A stretch of DNA of 53,665 nucleotides, taken from Methanosarcinales archaeon (GTDB lineage Archaea > Halobacteriota > Syntropharchaeia > Alkanophagales > Methanospirareceae). Both the position numbers and the translations under genes were made by a program. The stretch is from positions 1 through 53,665 of the forward strand of contig JAUWPM010000002.1 in assembly GCA_030611585.1 (NCBI GenBank), in the 5' to 3' direction. Each line of letters starts with the position of its first letter. Within the stretch, counting starts at the first letter, position 1. The notes under the pieces are model-generated. The model did not search any database and was not told the DNA's origin. It was given only the letters and a program-made list of their open reading frames with translations. This document shows, piece by piece, positions 8,877 through 18,634 of the stretch.

Positions 8877-9233
8877 TTGGTGGGGAGTCAAGTCAAAATG
8901 GTAAGCATCTTTCTTGATGCCGTTCCCGCAAACCTGCTCGTTGCACGGGCGGTGTGCGGAGATAACGAGGCTAACAATGCAACTTTCTTCTGCCTCGGGC
9001 TGTTGATTCGGATACGGGGGGATAAGAAGCTCGTTCTGAATCGAGAGATTATCGAGCGGGCAATTGGCCGGGAGTTGACCGAAAACGAATGGCAGAGCGT
9101 TACCTGGAATTACATCGGTGTAATATCTAAAGCGGCGCAAAACGAGCTGGTATTTGAGGATTCAGAAGAATCAAAAGTCATGGACGAATATTGGGACAAA
9201 CGGTTAGAAAGTTGCAAAAACCACGAGTTGTGA
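8877..9233 (+). CDS. hypothetical protein
   Basis: 118-aa ORF, co-directional and tightly spaced with its neighbours, with protein-like composition. It competes with an antisense ORF at 8868-9140. Confidence 0.45.
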   Translation: MVGSQVKMVSIFLDAVPANLLVARAVCGDNEANNATFFCLGLLIRIRGDKKLVLNREIIERAIGRELTENEWQSVTWNYIGVISKAAQNELVFEDSEESKVMDEYWDKRLESCKNHEL

Positions 9234-9285
9234 ACATATTTTATGCTGCATTAGAGCTAAGGCTTGCACGAGGAGCTGTGGAAAA

Positions 9286-9873
9286 GTGACTGCAAGAGAG
9301 GTACAGGTATTAGCATTTGTCGGTGCGCCGGCGGCGGGTAAGACCGAAGCGGCATCAGTAGCAAAAGAGCTGGGTATTCCTGTCGTTACGATGGGAGACG
9401 TGGTACGGGAGGAGTTAAGAAGGCGGAATCTTCCGTTAAGTGACGCGAATGCGGGCAGCATTGCAAATGAGCTGCGAGAGCGAGAAGGGATGGATGCAAT
9501 TGCAAAACGGTGCATCCCGCTTATAAAAGGTATAACCCTAACTGACACAGAGAGGGGAAAATCGGCAAAAGCAGTTATTGTGATAGATGGAATACGAGGC
9601 GTAGCAGAAGTAGAAACGTTCAAAAAAGCATTTGGCACGGATTTCGTTCTCGTTCGGATCGAGGCACCTCTTGACCTCAGGTATGAGCGGATAAAAACCC
9701 GTGGTCGGGGTGATGATTCGTTAAATACCGAGGAGTTCAAGGAGCGTGAGGAAAGAGAAAACCGGTGGGGTATGGGCGAAGCAATGGAAAAAGCCGATAA
9801 GATTGTTAAGAACGAAGGCTCTTTGAAGGGGTTAAAAGAGCAGATAAAACGGATTTTAGACTGCCAAAACTGA
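9286..9873 (+). CDS. P-loop nucleotide/nucleoside kinase family protein (archaeal UPF0200-like)
   Basis: GTG start. Walker A motif FVGAPAAGKT. Size and layout resemble small NMP/dephospho-CoA kinase-like proteins. Confidence 0.65.
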   Translation: MTAREVQVLAFVGAPAAGKTEAASVAKELGIPVVTMGDVVREELRRRNLPLSDANAGSIANELREREGMDAIAKRCIPLIKGITLTDTERGKSAKAVIVIDGIRGVAEVETFKKAFGTDFVLVRIEAPLDLRYERIKTRGRGDDSLNTEEFKEREERENRWGMGEAMEKADKIVKNEGSLKGLKEQIKRILDCQN

Positions 9874-9910
9874 TTTTTTCATTGTATATAAAGTATAACT
9901 GCCTTCTCTT

Positions 9911-10038
9911 TAAGACACGGATTAACACACAACTTTTTTACCTTCGGTAAAAACCTTGACTAAAATATTCCTGATGTTTTTCTTTTAGCACAGGTTTTCT
10001 TTTTGTAAAAAAGAAAAAGTGTTGTGTCAACGATTTAG
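9911..10038 (+). repeat. 128-bp MITE-like intergenic repeat, copy 1
   Basis: 121 of 128 positions are identical to 49201-49328 (hand aligned, no gaps). Imperfect terminal inverted repeats (ACACACAAC...GTTGTGT) and an internal hairpin TTTTCTTTTTGTAAAAAAGAAAA. Confidence 0.85.
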
Positions 10039-10053
10039 TTTGTTCCGAGTTAT

Positions 10054-10500
10054 TTATACCATATTTACCGCACTTGCAGCTTCCGTGCTCCCTGTGGAGA
10101 CCAACCGGTATTGTCTCTTCGCTCTGCTGCCCTTTCTCTCCAAACTACCCCCGGAATGCATGCTCGCCAGATACGTTGATACAGTGGTCAGCCGCAAATT
10201 CTCCTCGAATACGGCTTCGTATATTCTCCTTATCTGTGAAGAAGTGAACCAACCCTTCGGTGCTCGTTCGTCAAAGCGTAAAAAAGAAGCCAGTCTTTCT
10301 TTAATCGTGAGATCTCCCCCTTCGTAATCGTAAGCATTCCTAACCGGTAGGGGAGAAAGCTGCGCCTCTAAAAACTTTGCTACGTCTCTTATCGTAAGCT
10401 GTCGGAGCATTTCAATCTGTAAATCGCCCTCCTTCTCTATGGATGATTTCACTCCTTCTTCATCCGTCACTTCCACTCGCACCTTCATTCCCGCCTTCAC
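10054..10500 (-). CDS. hypothetical protein, possible C-terminal winged-helix domain
   Basis: 148-aa ORF with no recognisable catalytic motif. The C-terminal STYLASMHSGGSLERKGSRAKRQYRL looks wHTH-like. Confidence 0.5.
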   Translation of the reverse strand: MKAGMKVRVEVTDEEGVKSSIEKEGDLQIEMLRQLTIRDVAKFLEAQLSPLPVRNAYDYEGGDLTIKERLASFLRFDERAPKGWFTSSQIRRIYEAVFEENLRLTTVSTYLASMHSGGSLERKGSRAKRQYRLVSTGSTEAASAVNMV

Positions 10501-10691
10501 CCCTTCACCTGTTCACTGAACAAATGAAACAAAAGCAGAGGTACTATATAAAGGTATATGGAAACGGCACGTAAAACCCGCTTATTTCCATTGGAGCGAA
10601 CGAATGAATAAGTGAATCACAAGCGGGGGTTAAAAACTTTATACCCTAAAAGATAAAATCTTTAGATAGCGAAGAAAGGGGCAAGCCGAAA

Positions 10692-11942
10692 TTGGCAGAG
10701 AAGAGAGATTACTACACTATTTTAGGTGTGGATAAAGGATCGTCGAAGGATGAAATAAAGCGTGCTTATCGTAGATTAGCGAAGAAATACCATCCCGATT
10801 TGAATAGGGAGAACCCAAAAGAGGCGGAAGAGAAGTTTAAGGAGATATCCGAAGCTTATGAGGTGTTATCCGATCCGCAGAAGCGGGCGAATTACGATAG
10901 ATTCGGGCATTCAGGTGTTAATTTTGGTCCTGGAGGATTTGAATGGTCTGATTTCACAAGATATGGCGACGTAGAGGATATACTTGGGGATTTACTCAGG
11001 AATTTATTTGGTGGTAATTTCGGATTCGGTGGAAGTAGAGGTGGTGCTCGAGCGAACGTGGGGTCTTCGCCGTTTGACGTCTTCTTCGGCGGCGGGGGAC
11101 CGGGTTATACAAGGGCAGAGGAAAGATACGGACCAGAAAGAGGAAGCGACGTCAGGTATGACCTTGAGATAGACCTTGAAGACACAGCGAAGGGAATGGA
11201 GAAAGAGATAGACCTCGTTAAAGAAGAGAGTTGCCCTTCGTGTAACGGCACGGGTGCGAGTGCAGGAGGATTAGAGACTTGCTCTGTGTGCGGCGGGTCG
11301 GGGCAGGTACGAAAATCGCAAAGCATGGGCTTTGCTCAGTTCATGTCCATCTCCGCTTGTCCGCGTTGTGGCGGTAGTGGACACGTGATAACGAAACCGT
11401 GCAAGAATTGTAAGGGCACCGGAAAAATCGGAGTGAACAAGCAAATATCAGTGAGGATACCGCCGGGTGTGGATACCGGGAGTAGATTACGGATTGCAGG
11501 TGAAGGAGGCGCGGGGGAACGAGGAGGACCGCCGGGCGATCTGTACGTGATAATGCATGTGAAAGAGCACGAATTCTTCAAAAGAGCGGGTAACGACCTA
11601 TTTTGTGAAGTCCCGGTTCGCTTCGCGCAAGCGGCATTTGGTGATGAGATAGAGGTAAGGACGGTCGAAGGTGGCAGTGCACGGATAAAGATACCCGCCG
11701 GCACGCAATCGGGCACGGGCTTCCGGTTGAAGAACAAGGGAATGCAGGATTTAAAGGGATATGGCATAGGGAACATGCTGGTGCGAGTGAAGGTCGTAAC
11801 GCCAAAGAAACTGAGTAAAAAGCAGAAAGAATTGCTGTATGAATTTGATAAAGAGGAACAAGGACAAGAGCAAGAACAAGAAGAGGGAGGAGTAAAGCAG
11901 AAGAAAAGTTTCTCCTGGTGGAGCAAGAACAAACAGAAGTAG
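10692..11942 (+). CDS. dnaJ: molecular chaperone DnaJ (Hsp40)
   Basis: J domain with HPD (KKYHPDLN), a G/F-rich linker and four CxxCxG zinc-finger repeats ([32 protein letters not shown]). TTG start. Confidence 0.95.
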   Translation: MAEKRDYYTILGVDKGSSKDEIKRAYRRLAKKYHPDLNRENPKEAEEKFKEISEAYEVLSDPQKRANYDRFGHSGVNFGPGGFEWSDFTRYGDVEDILGDLLRNLFGGNFGFGGSRGGARANVGSSPFDVFFGGGGPGYTRAEERYGPERGSDVRYDLEIDLEDTAKGMEKEIDLVKEESCPSCNGTGASAGGLETCSVCGGSGQVRKSQSMGFAQFMSISACPRCGGSGHVITKPCKNCKGTGKIGVNKQISVRIPPGVDTGSRLRIAGEGGAGERGGPPGDLYVIMHVKEHEFFKRAGNDLFCEVPVRFAQAAFGDEIEVRTVEGGSARIKIPAGTQSGTGFRLKNKGMQDLKGYGIGNMLVRVKVVTPKKLSKKQKELLYEFDKEEQGQEQEQEEGGVKQKKSFSWWSKNKQK

Positions 11943-11968
11943 AAGTGAATAATATATGAACGAGGAAG

Positions 11969-13765
11969 GTGAGCGGTATGAGCGCGAAGAGCGAAATACG
12001 GACCCCGATACTATCGGTTGTGGGACACATAGACCATGGTAAGACCACATTACTTGATACACTACGGGGCACGGCAATAGCAGAGAAGGAAGCAGGTCGA
12101 GTTACACAGCATATAGGCGCAACCGAGATTCCTATCAGTACGATAAAGAAGATCTGTGAACCCTTGAGACGGGACTGGAGGGGAATAGACGTGCCAGGTT
12201 TGCTTGTCATTGACACTCCGGGTCATCATGCCTTTGCATCATTGAGGAAAAGAGGAAGTGCGTTAGCTGACGTGGCGGTTATTGTGGTGGACGTGATGGA
12301 GGGCTTTCAGCCTCAGACCTACGAATCGTTGAACATTTTACGATTATTAAAAACCCCGTTTGTCGTGGTGTTGAACAAAATAGACCGGATAAAAGGGTGG
12401 CAATCAAGGAATAAGCCGTTCCTTATTAATTATACTGATCAGCCGGAATATGCGCGTAAGGAAGTGGATGCGCGGGTATACCAGATTGTAGGCGATCTTT
12501 ACGATAAAGGTTTCTCGGCGGATCGGTACGACCGGATAACGGACTTCGCAAGGAATGTGAGTATCGTGCCGGTGAGTGCGAAGACTGGAGAGGGGATTGC
12601 GGATTTGCTGCTCGTGCTTATCGGCTTATCGCAGAAGTACTTTGAACGAACCTTGCAGCTTCATTTAGAAGCCGCGGGCGTCGGCACGATATTGGAGAGG
12701 AAGGAGGAGAAAGGTCTCGGAACCACGATTGACGTGATTTTATACGATGGGAAGCTCAGCGTGGGGGATACGATCGTTGTTGGCAGTGCAGAGGAGGAGC
12801 CAATAGTTACAAAAGTGAAGGCGTTGTTGAAGCCACGCATTCTGCAAGAGATAAGAATGGAGCAGAGATTTGAGCGAGTGAAAACGGTGAATGCCGCTTC
12901 GGGTGTGAAAATAGTTGCTCCTGATTTAGAACTGGCGCTTCCGGGGTCGCAGGTGCGAGTAGTGATGGCGAAAGAAGACGCTGCGACGCTTGACCGCGTG
13001 ATGAACGAGGTGAAGAGCGAGATAGCAGAACTGAAGCTGGAGAAAAGTCCGGAAGGGATAATCATAAAGGCAGATACCATGGGCTCTTTGGAAGCACTTG
13101 CTCTGGAGCTGAAGGATAAAGGAATAGAGGCGATAAAAAGAGCAGAAGTGGGTAATATATCCAAACATGACGTAATCGAAGCTACTACGGTTAGGAATCC
13201 TTATTTCAGGGTTGTTTTAGGCTTTACCGTTGGTATACTTCCGGACGCAAAAGAAGCGGCGTTGCAAGCTGGGATGCCGGTTTTTATAAACGACGTTATT
13301 TACCGATTGATCGAAGATTATGAGAATTGGGTGAAGGGCGGGAAGGAGAGAGAGAAGCGGGAGCTTATGGAACGGGTGAGCACACCGGCGAAGATAAGGC
13401 TACTGCCGGGATGCGTGTTCAGGCAGAGCAAGCCGGCTGTTGTGGGTGTCGAAGTGCTCTCGGGGAAGATAAAGACTGGTGTGGAATTGATAAAAGCGGA
13501 CGGGACAAACGTCGGGGCAATAAACGAGATACAGGATAAAGGAAAGAGCATAAAAAGCGCAGAGCAGGGTATGCAGGTGGCAATTGCACTGAAAAAGCCA
13601 ACCGTGGGACGGCACATCAACGAGAACGACGTGTTGTATGTTAATATAAGTGAAGACGCAGCGAAAGAGCTAAAAAAACTAAGCGGGGTGCTGTCACCTG
13701 ATGAAGAGGAAGTGTTGGAGGAGTTGGCGGAGATTAGGAGGAAAAGGCAAATCGGGTTGGGGTGA
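11969..13765 (+). CDS. infB: translation initiation factor aIF5B (IF-2 homologue)
   Basis: 598 aa. GTPase motifs GHIDHGKT, DTPGH, NKID and SAKTG, plus the characteristic domains II-IV. Confidence 0.95.
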   Translation: MSGMSAKSEIRTPILSVVGHIDHGKTTLLDTLRGTAIAEKEAGRVTQHIGATEIPISTIKKICEPLRRDWRGIDVPGLLVIDTPGHHAFASLRKRGSALADVAVIVVDVMEGFQPQTYESLNILRLLKTPFVVVLNKIDRIKGWQSRNKPFLINYTDQPEYARKEVDARVYQIVGDLYDKGFSADRYDRITDFARNVSIVPVSAKTGEGIADLLLVLIGLSQKYFERTLQLHLEAAGVGTILERKEEKGLGTTIDVILYDGKLSVGDTIVVGSAEEEPIVTKVKALLKPRILQEIRMEQRFERVKTVNAASGVKIVAPDLELALPGSQVRVVMAKEDAATLDRVMNEVKSEIAELKLEKSPEGIIIKADTMGSLEALALELKDKGIEAIKRAEVGNISKHDVIEATTVRNPYFRVVLGFTVGILPDAKEAALQAGMPVFINDVIYRLIEDYENWVKGGKEREKRELMERVSTPAKIRLLPGCVFRQSKPAVVGVEVLSGKIKTGVELIKADGTNVGAINEIQDKGKSIKSAEQGMQVAIALKKPTVGRHINENDVLYVNISEDAAKELKKLSGVLSPDEEEVLEELAEIRRKRQIGLG

Positions 13766-13846
13766 ATGACATGTGGTCGTTTTGGATATGCACCGAAAGT
13801 TTTATATGGCTCCGTGAGATAAAAAGATGTAGTGTAAATACAAGGG

Positions 13847-14113
13847 GTGATATGCATGCAGATGTTGGGATTTGGAATGCCTGGAGCAGCAGAAATAACT
13901 GTAATTTTAGTTTTTATTGTTCTTCCGATTGTCGTAATAACAGTGATTCTGCTTGCCATCAGATTCATAATTAGAGCAGCGAAGGAGAAGCCCAAGGAAG
14001 ACTCAAAGCAGACGGAAATAGCGGACGAACTTAAAAAATTGGCAGAGTTGCATGATCAAGGAGTTATCACAGATGAGGAATTTAATGAGCAGAAAAAGAA
14101 ACTGCTTCGATAG
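13847..14113 (+). CDS. small membrane protein with a C-terminal SHOCT domain
   Basis: One hydrophobic TM segment followed by ELKKLAELHDQGVITDEEFNEQKKKLL, a SHOCT-type motif. Confidence 0.65.
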   Translation: MICMQMLGFGMPGAAEITVILVFIVLPIVVITVILLAIRFIIRAAKEKPKEDSKQTEIADELKKLAELHDQGVITDEEFNEQKKKLLR

Positions 14114-14150
14114 CATTTTTGCTCAGATTCGATTTTAAATCGTTATCAAA

Positions 14151-14351
14151 GTGCATGAAGGGGCGAAGAAATTGACGCGAAAATATGGTTATAAACCAAA
14201 AGCACCGTTGCTGGAAGATTTAAGAAATACCTGGCCAAACATGAGCGACGATGAAATAATAGAGGAAATGAGAAGAAACGGTTATGTACCTTTCCGTTTA
14301 TCTTTTGGATATAACTACCAAAAAATTGCCTTTAGAAGAAAGAGGACGTAA
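14151..14351 (+). CDS. hypothetical protein (66 aa)
   Basis: ORF only, GTG start, no recognised motif. Confidence 0.35.
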   Translation: MHEGAKKLTRKYGYKPKAPLLEDLRNTWPNMSDDEIIEEMRRNGYVPFRLSFGYNYQKIAFRRKRT

Positions 14352-14391
14352 GTGAGGTGGTCGAAATGTGGAAGGATAAAGGGAGTGAAAG

Positions 14392-15084
14392 ATGAATATC
14401 TCGCTGGATGATCTCATGGGGAGTGATGAAGAAGCAATGGCTGTTTGTCTGGCGATTTTGTATCTTAGATATCATCCTTCGTATCGAATTAATTTTTTTA
14501 TCCACCCTTCTACCACTCCAAGTGAGATACTCACCGTTTATTTTAGCACATCATCTCCAGAGGGATTAGAAAAGGTGAAAAATACAATGATTGCGTTTCA
14601 TCGCAGGTTTGACCAAGCTTTAGCTTTAGATTCGGGACAAATAAATCACTGGGATATAGGCGTATCCTCTGAGCCATCTGAAAGAGATAGACCTAGAAGA
14701 TTGGAGACAAGAAATGAGTGGTTAGAAGAGTTAGAGGCAAGATATTTCACAAGGTTCAAAGAGGCTTTTGAGGTATTTGTCAAAGTAGATAAAATTCCAA
14801 ATGATTATCGGATAGTCATTAAGAAATTCCTGCAGCTTGCCAACAGTAGAATAATTGGTAAGGAATTTACGAGCGCCGGGAGTGTAAAAATCCCTTATAA
14901 TCAAATATCGGTAGTGGGTGAGAGATTAAGAGGAAACGAAGCCGAGTTTATAGATATTCTTCGCGAGAGTAGAATAGCTTACAGAGGGCCTCAAAGTATA
15001 ACTGCTTCCCGGGGTGTCCTTTCCGAGTCCCCATCTAATATTATCATTCCATCTGTTGCTGCTGCCCTCCACGAGGATTTGTAG
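14392..15084 (+). CDS. hypothetical protein (230 aa)
   Basis: ORF with protein-like composition, no recognised motif. Confidence 0.5.
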   Translation: MNISLDDLMGSDEEAMAVCLAILYLRYHPSYRINFFIHPSTTPSEILTVYFSTSSPEGLEKVKNTMIAFHRRFDQALALDSGQINHWDIGVSSEPSERDRPRRLETRNEWLEELEARYFTRFKEAFEVFVKVDKIPNDYRIVIKKFLQLANSRIIGKEFTSAGSVKIPYNQISVVGERLRGNEAEFIDILRESRIAYRGPQSITASRGVLSESPSNIIIPSVAAALHEDL

Positions 15085-15110
15085 ACAAGCTGCTTTAAAC
15101 TCAAGACTTT

Positions 15111-15641
15111 TTAAAGATCCCCTCGTGTCGTCCATTCGTCCATTTGCGTTTTTCTTAATTGTTTCTCTAACTTATCTATCAGTTCGTCTCTCTTTTTTAG
15201 TTTCTTTTCCTTTTTTTCGCCTTTGAAATAATCTATGTTGTCGTCTATACTTTCGGCGTATGCTTCTTCAATTAAATCCCAGTGGGAGATCTGTCGATCT
15301 GTTAACCTCTCAAAACCAGTCTTCTTAAATTCCTTCTCTGCATCAGGGTTATATTTAAATGCCCATAATGCATCATCCTCGTCTTCTTTGCTTTCTATTT
15401 CAGGTAAGAAGCGTATTGGAAAGAGTAGCAAAGCCATCTGCTTGGCGTATGTCTCAACAAACTGCTTGTTTAAAATCGCAGCTATATCCCTTATTGTAAT
15501 CCACACGGTAGGTCTGTCACGCAGTATATTCAAAACAGCATCTAAAAAATCAAAGGCGTATTCGTCCTCTACCCAATCAAAAAAATCATCCAAATTCTCT
15601 ACTTCTGACATTTTATCACTATATAAATCGTACACCTCCAA
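15111..15641 (-). CDS. hypothetical acidic protein (176 aa)
   Basis: ORF convergent with 14392-15084, D/E-rich, no recognised motif. Confidence 0.5.
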   Translation of the reverse strand: MEVYDLYSDKMSEVENLDDFFDWVEDEYAFDFLDAVLNILRDRPTVWITIRDIAAILNKQFVETYAKQMALLLFPIRFLPEIESKEDEDDALWAFKYNPDAEKEFKKTGFERLTDRQISHWDLIEEAYAESIDDNIDYFKGEKKEKKLKKRDELIDKLEKQLRKTQMDEWTTRGDL

Positions 15642-15936
15642 GTTTTAAAAAACCACAGTAATCAACAGCTCATTTTCATCTCTTCTTTATTAGAGGGGTA
15701 AAGGACGGCAAGATGGAGAAGTGGATAGAGAGCCTGCAAGGGGAGATTGCGGAAGACTATCTCTATACGATTTCATTAATGCAAATAAAGGTTTGATGAG
15801 GGGAATATTTCTATGCCAATCTTCAAAAGTCTCTTAACCGCAAGCCACCCAAGAATCACGAAAAGATATAAAGAGCACGAAAAGAGTATTAAGAAGAAGG
15901 TGTAACATAATATAGAAAGGAGAAGGTAAGACCAAA

Positions 15937-16323
15937 ATGCAGATTGTGATAAGCGATTCAAAAACGGGTAAGGCGTATAAAGTCGAGGGTAAGGACACGG
16001 AAGCGAATGCGTTGTTCATTGGTAAACGGATAGGGGAGGTTGTGGATGCGGACATTCTCGGTCTGGGCGGATATGCACTGGAGATAACGGGCGGCTCGGA
16101 TAAGCAGGGAATGCCAATGCGAAAAGACGTTGCGGGTACCGCGCGGAAACGGATTTTAATCACGGATCCTCCGGGCTACCAGCTAAAAGAGCGTGGTAAA
16201 AGAAGAAGAAAATCCGTTCGCGGTAACGAGATCTCCACGGAACTCTCGCAGATCAACGTGGTCGTGAAGGAATACGGGAAGAAGCCGATTGGGGAGCTAT
16301 TGGTGAAAGCGGAAGAGGCGTGA
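15937..16323 (+). CDS. rps6e: 30S ribosomal protein S6e
   Basis: 128 aa, MQIVISDSKTGKAYKVE..GGSDKQGMPMR..RKRIL.., typical of archaeal S6e. Confidence 0.9.
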   Translation: MQIVISDSKTGKAYKVEGKDTEANALFIGKRIGEVVDADILGLGGYALEITGGSDKQGMPMRKDVAGTARKRILITDPPGYQLKERGKRRRKSVRGNEISTELSQINVVVKEYGKKPIGELLVKAEEA

Positions 16324-16370
16324 TATTAGCTCAACGCTATGCTATTTGAAAACGGTATGCAAATTGAAAC

Positions 16371-18542
16371 TCACGTCCAAAGCGTAATCGCAGGAATCCA
16401 GTCATCGTATTCCTCGCCATTGGCGTCTATGAAATCCTCGCAGGTAATTAAACTACCATCTAAAGCTGTGTGATTTTGTTTGTGAATTATCTGCGGATAT
16501 GAGCCTGTTATTATGGTGTAGTTGTACGTTTCATCTTTTAAAAGTGTGAACGGCTCATCGAAAGAGATATTATGCCAATCGCCTTTGTAGCCGTTCCAAG
16601 TTGCTGTTACATTCCAATCGGTGGTATTCCAAATCCTTACGTATTCTGAATGTCCGCCTGTACCGGAGCATGGATAAGTGTACATTTTATAAACAGTAAT
16701 CGTTTGATTCGGTGTTATCGTCCCGTTGTGTATTCCAGAGATGCTCGGATATGTTCCGGGACCTGTGTCAAATACAGCTTTTACTGGTGAATACCAGTCG
16801 TAAAAGAACACATCAGTATAATATTCAGCTACGTCTTCATTTTCGATGATCAGCCCAACTTCCCTGTTGTTTGTTGGACTGTACTCGTTCCAGTTGATGC
16901 TCGAAATCAAAACTTCACGGCAATCAACAATCACACCTTTGTTGTGCGTTTTGTTAAGCCCTGTGCTTTCAATATCAATAAATTTGGCATCTAAGTTTAG
17001 TCCTTCGTTTGTTGCAATGCCCCTGACATAATCGATTGTAGCTTGGTTACGCTCAAAACTATACGTTGGGTTCAGTAATATCTTCACTTCACAGCCGCTC
17101 CTCGACGCGTTGATCACAGCCTCTAAGAACGGATTCGGTTTTGGCTCTGCATAAGTTCCCCAATCCTTGTAAATATAAAGCTGCTCGACGTAAACAGAAT
17201 TCTTTGCTCTTTTTATCATCCCGATAATAGACTCCGTCTGCATCAATGCGGTATCCGGAGCTAAGACCGGCGAAACATTAAAATCACCGGAAACAACTTC
17301 GCTGTCGAACGGATGCGAGTAATTGCCAGTCGGGATTGTGCGATTTGGCACGAAATCAAGAGGCGGGCAGCCATATTTATCCCCGTAGATCGAATCGTTT
17401 GCGGTGAAAGGGAAACTGTCCCTGCTTGCGGGCTTCCAGTCTTCAAAGAATACCTCGCGGAAATAATCCGTTACAGCCGGATTGTTTATAATAACGCCCC
17501 AGCCCCTGTTCCCAAAAGTATTGTTGACCGGCACACCCGTATTTTTCCAGTTCTCTGACATTACCATCGTCGTTTCATTGTCTATAAGTGCGTATTTCGC
17601 ATGATTGAACGCATATCTGTCATGAATACCTCTGTCTCCATCGTTTATCATAAACCGGACCTCTCCGCCTGCGGTAACGGTTTCGTTTGCAATATATCTC
17701 TCTTCATCGTCAATCCCATTTACCGGGTCGCCTTCAAGCATTATTTTGACTTCAATGCCTCTTTCTATCGCATCTATTATGTGATCCATCAGATAGAAAT
17801 TATGGAATTGATAAACATTGAGGTAAATTGATTCCTGTGCGTCATCAATTGCATTTCCAATCGCGCTAAAGCTGCTGTCCGGCGATGTGAATACCGTTAC
17901 ATTTCCGTTAAAACGGAATGTCTCGTAAGGGAAGTGCGATTGCCCGACAACGTATACTCGATAGTCATCCCAGTCTGCAGAGGTATTTGTATCTTCGTAT
18001 TGCCCAGTGGTCTCGTTTCTGTCACGCTCTAAGATGACACCTTCATGTACGTCTTTCACTGGAGCGCCGCTCCAACAAGCACCGGCATAACCAGAATTGC
18101 CGTAAATCACGACGTCTATTGTCTCGCCTTCACTGTTATTCATGATTACTTCATCTCCCGTATTGGCTAATTTTAGACTGCCCGATTTTATCATGTTTGG
18201 TGTGGAGTTGTCAGAATTAACACAGTATTCAAAATCCGCTCCCAGAAGCATCTCTTCGTAAAATGCTGTTGCGTTGTATGCGAGGTATAGGCTGCCCTCA
18301 GCATTTATATTCGCCCATTCCGGGAACGTAATAACGCCTTCCGTATCTGTTATCTGCCATCCACCTACGTTGATAGAACTCTCGGTGGGATTGTGTATCC
18401 TTATAAACTCACCATTGGTATCCCCAGCCAGATATGTATCATAATATACTTCGGTAATGATAGGTGCGGGACTCGTTGCCGTGGCAGAGCATCCAAAGCA
18501 CACAAACGCTATTGTTGCGAATACAAGAACCGCGAATAGCAA
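16371..18542 (-). CDS. secreted phospholipase D-family protein with an N-terminal lamin-tail-like domain
   Basis: Signal/TM segment, an LTD-like ITEVYYDT..GEFIRIHNP..GWQITD segment, and two HKD motifs (NHAKYALIDN and THNKGVIVDC). Confidence 0.8.
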   Translation of the reverse strand: MLFAVLVFATIAFVCFGCSATATSPAPIITEVYYDTYLAGDTNGEFIRIHNPTESSINVGGWQITDTEGVITFPEWANINAEGSLYLAYNATAFYEEMLLGADFEYCVNSDNSTPNMIKSGSLKLANTGDEVIMNNSEGETIDVVIYGNSGYAGACWSGAPVKDVHEGVILERDRNETTGQYEDTNTSADWDDYRVYVVGQSHFPYETFRFNGNVTVFTSPDSSFSAIGNAIDDAQESIYLNVYQFHNFYLMDHIIDAIERGIEVKIMLEGDPVNGIDDEERYIANETVTAGGEVRFMINDGDRGIHDRYAFNHAKYALIDNETTMVMSENWKNTGVPVNNTFGNRGWGVIINNPAVTDYFREVFFEDWKPASRDSFPFTANDSIYGDKYGCPPLDFVPNRTIPTGNYSHPFDSEVVSGDFNVSPVLAPDTALMQTESIIGMIKRAKNSVYVEQLYIYKDWGTYAEPKPNPFLEAVINASRSGCEVKILLNPTYSFERNQATIDYVRGIATNEGLNLDAKFIDIESTGLNKTHNKGVIVDCREVLISSINWNEYSPTNNREVGLIIENEDVAEYYTDVFFYDWYSPVKAVFDTGPGTYPSISGIHNGTITPNQTITVYKMYTYPCSGTGGHSEYVRIWNTTDWNVTATWNGYKGDWHNISFDEPFTLLKDETYNYTIITGSYPQIIHKQNHTALDGSLITCEDFIDANGEEYDDWIPAITLWT

Positions 18543-18634
18543 TGCCTTTCTAAATTCTATTTTTACACTTATCGTTTTTTCTCACTCCAATCCTTCAGTT
18601 TTATCCCTTTTTATATTATTCACCATCGCCACTT

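Noticed and set aside
10576-10629. Possible stem-loop or small RNA upstream of dnaJ (CCCGCTT ... AAGCGGG)
   Set aside because: It is only a 7-bp stem with a ~37-nt loop. There are no C/D or H/ACA box features and no second copy, so the evidence is insufficient.
11336-12216. Long minus-strand ORFs (198 aa and 212 aa) overlapping dnaJ and infB
   Set aside because: They are antisense to two genes with unmistakable motifs. Their translations are low-complexity and Ser/Pro/Cys-rich, as expected for shadow frames.
15813-15905. 30-codon basic ORF (MPIFKSLLTASHPRITKRYKEHEKSIKKKV) upstream of rps6e
   Set aside because: It is lysine-rich like a small ribosomal protein, but I cannot match it to any known family. 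It may simply be 5' UTR or promoter sequence.
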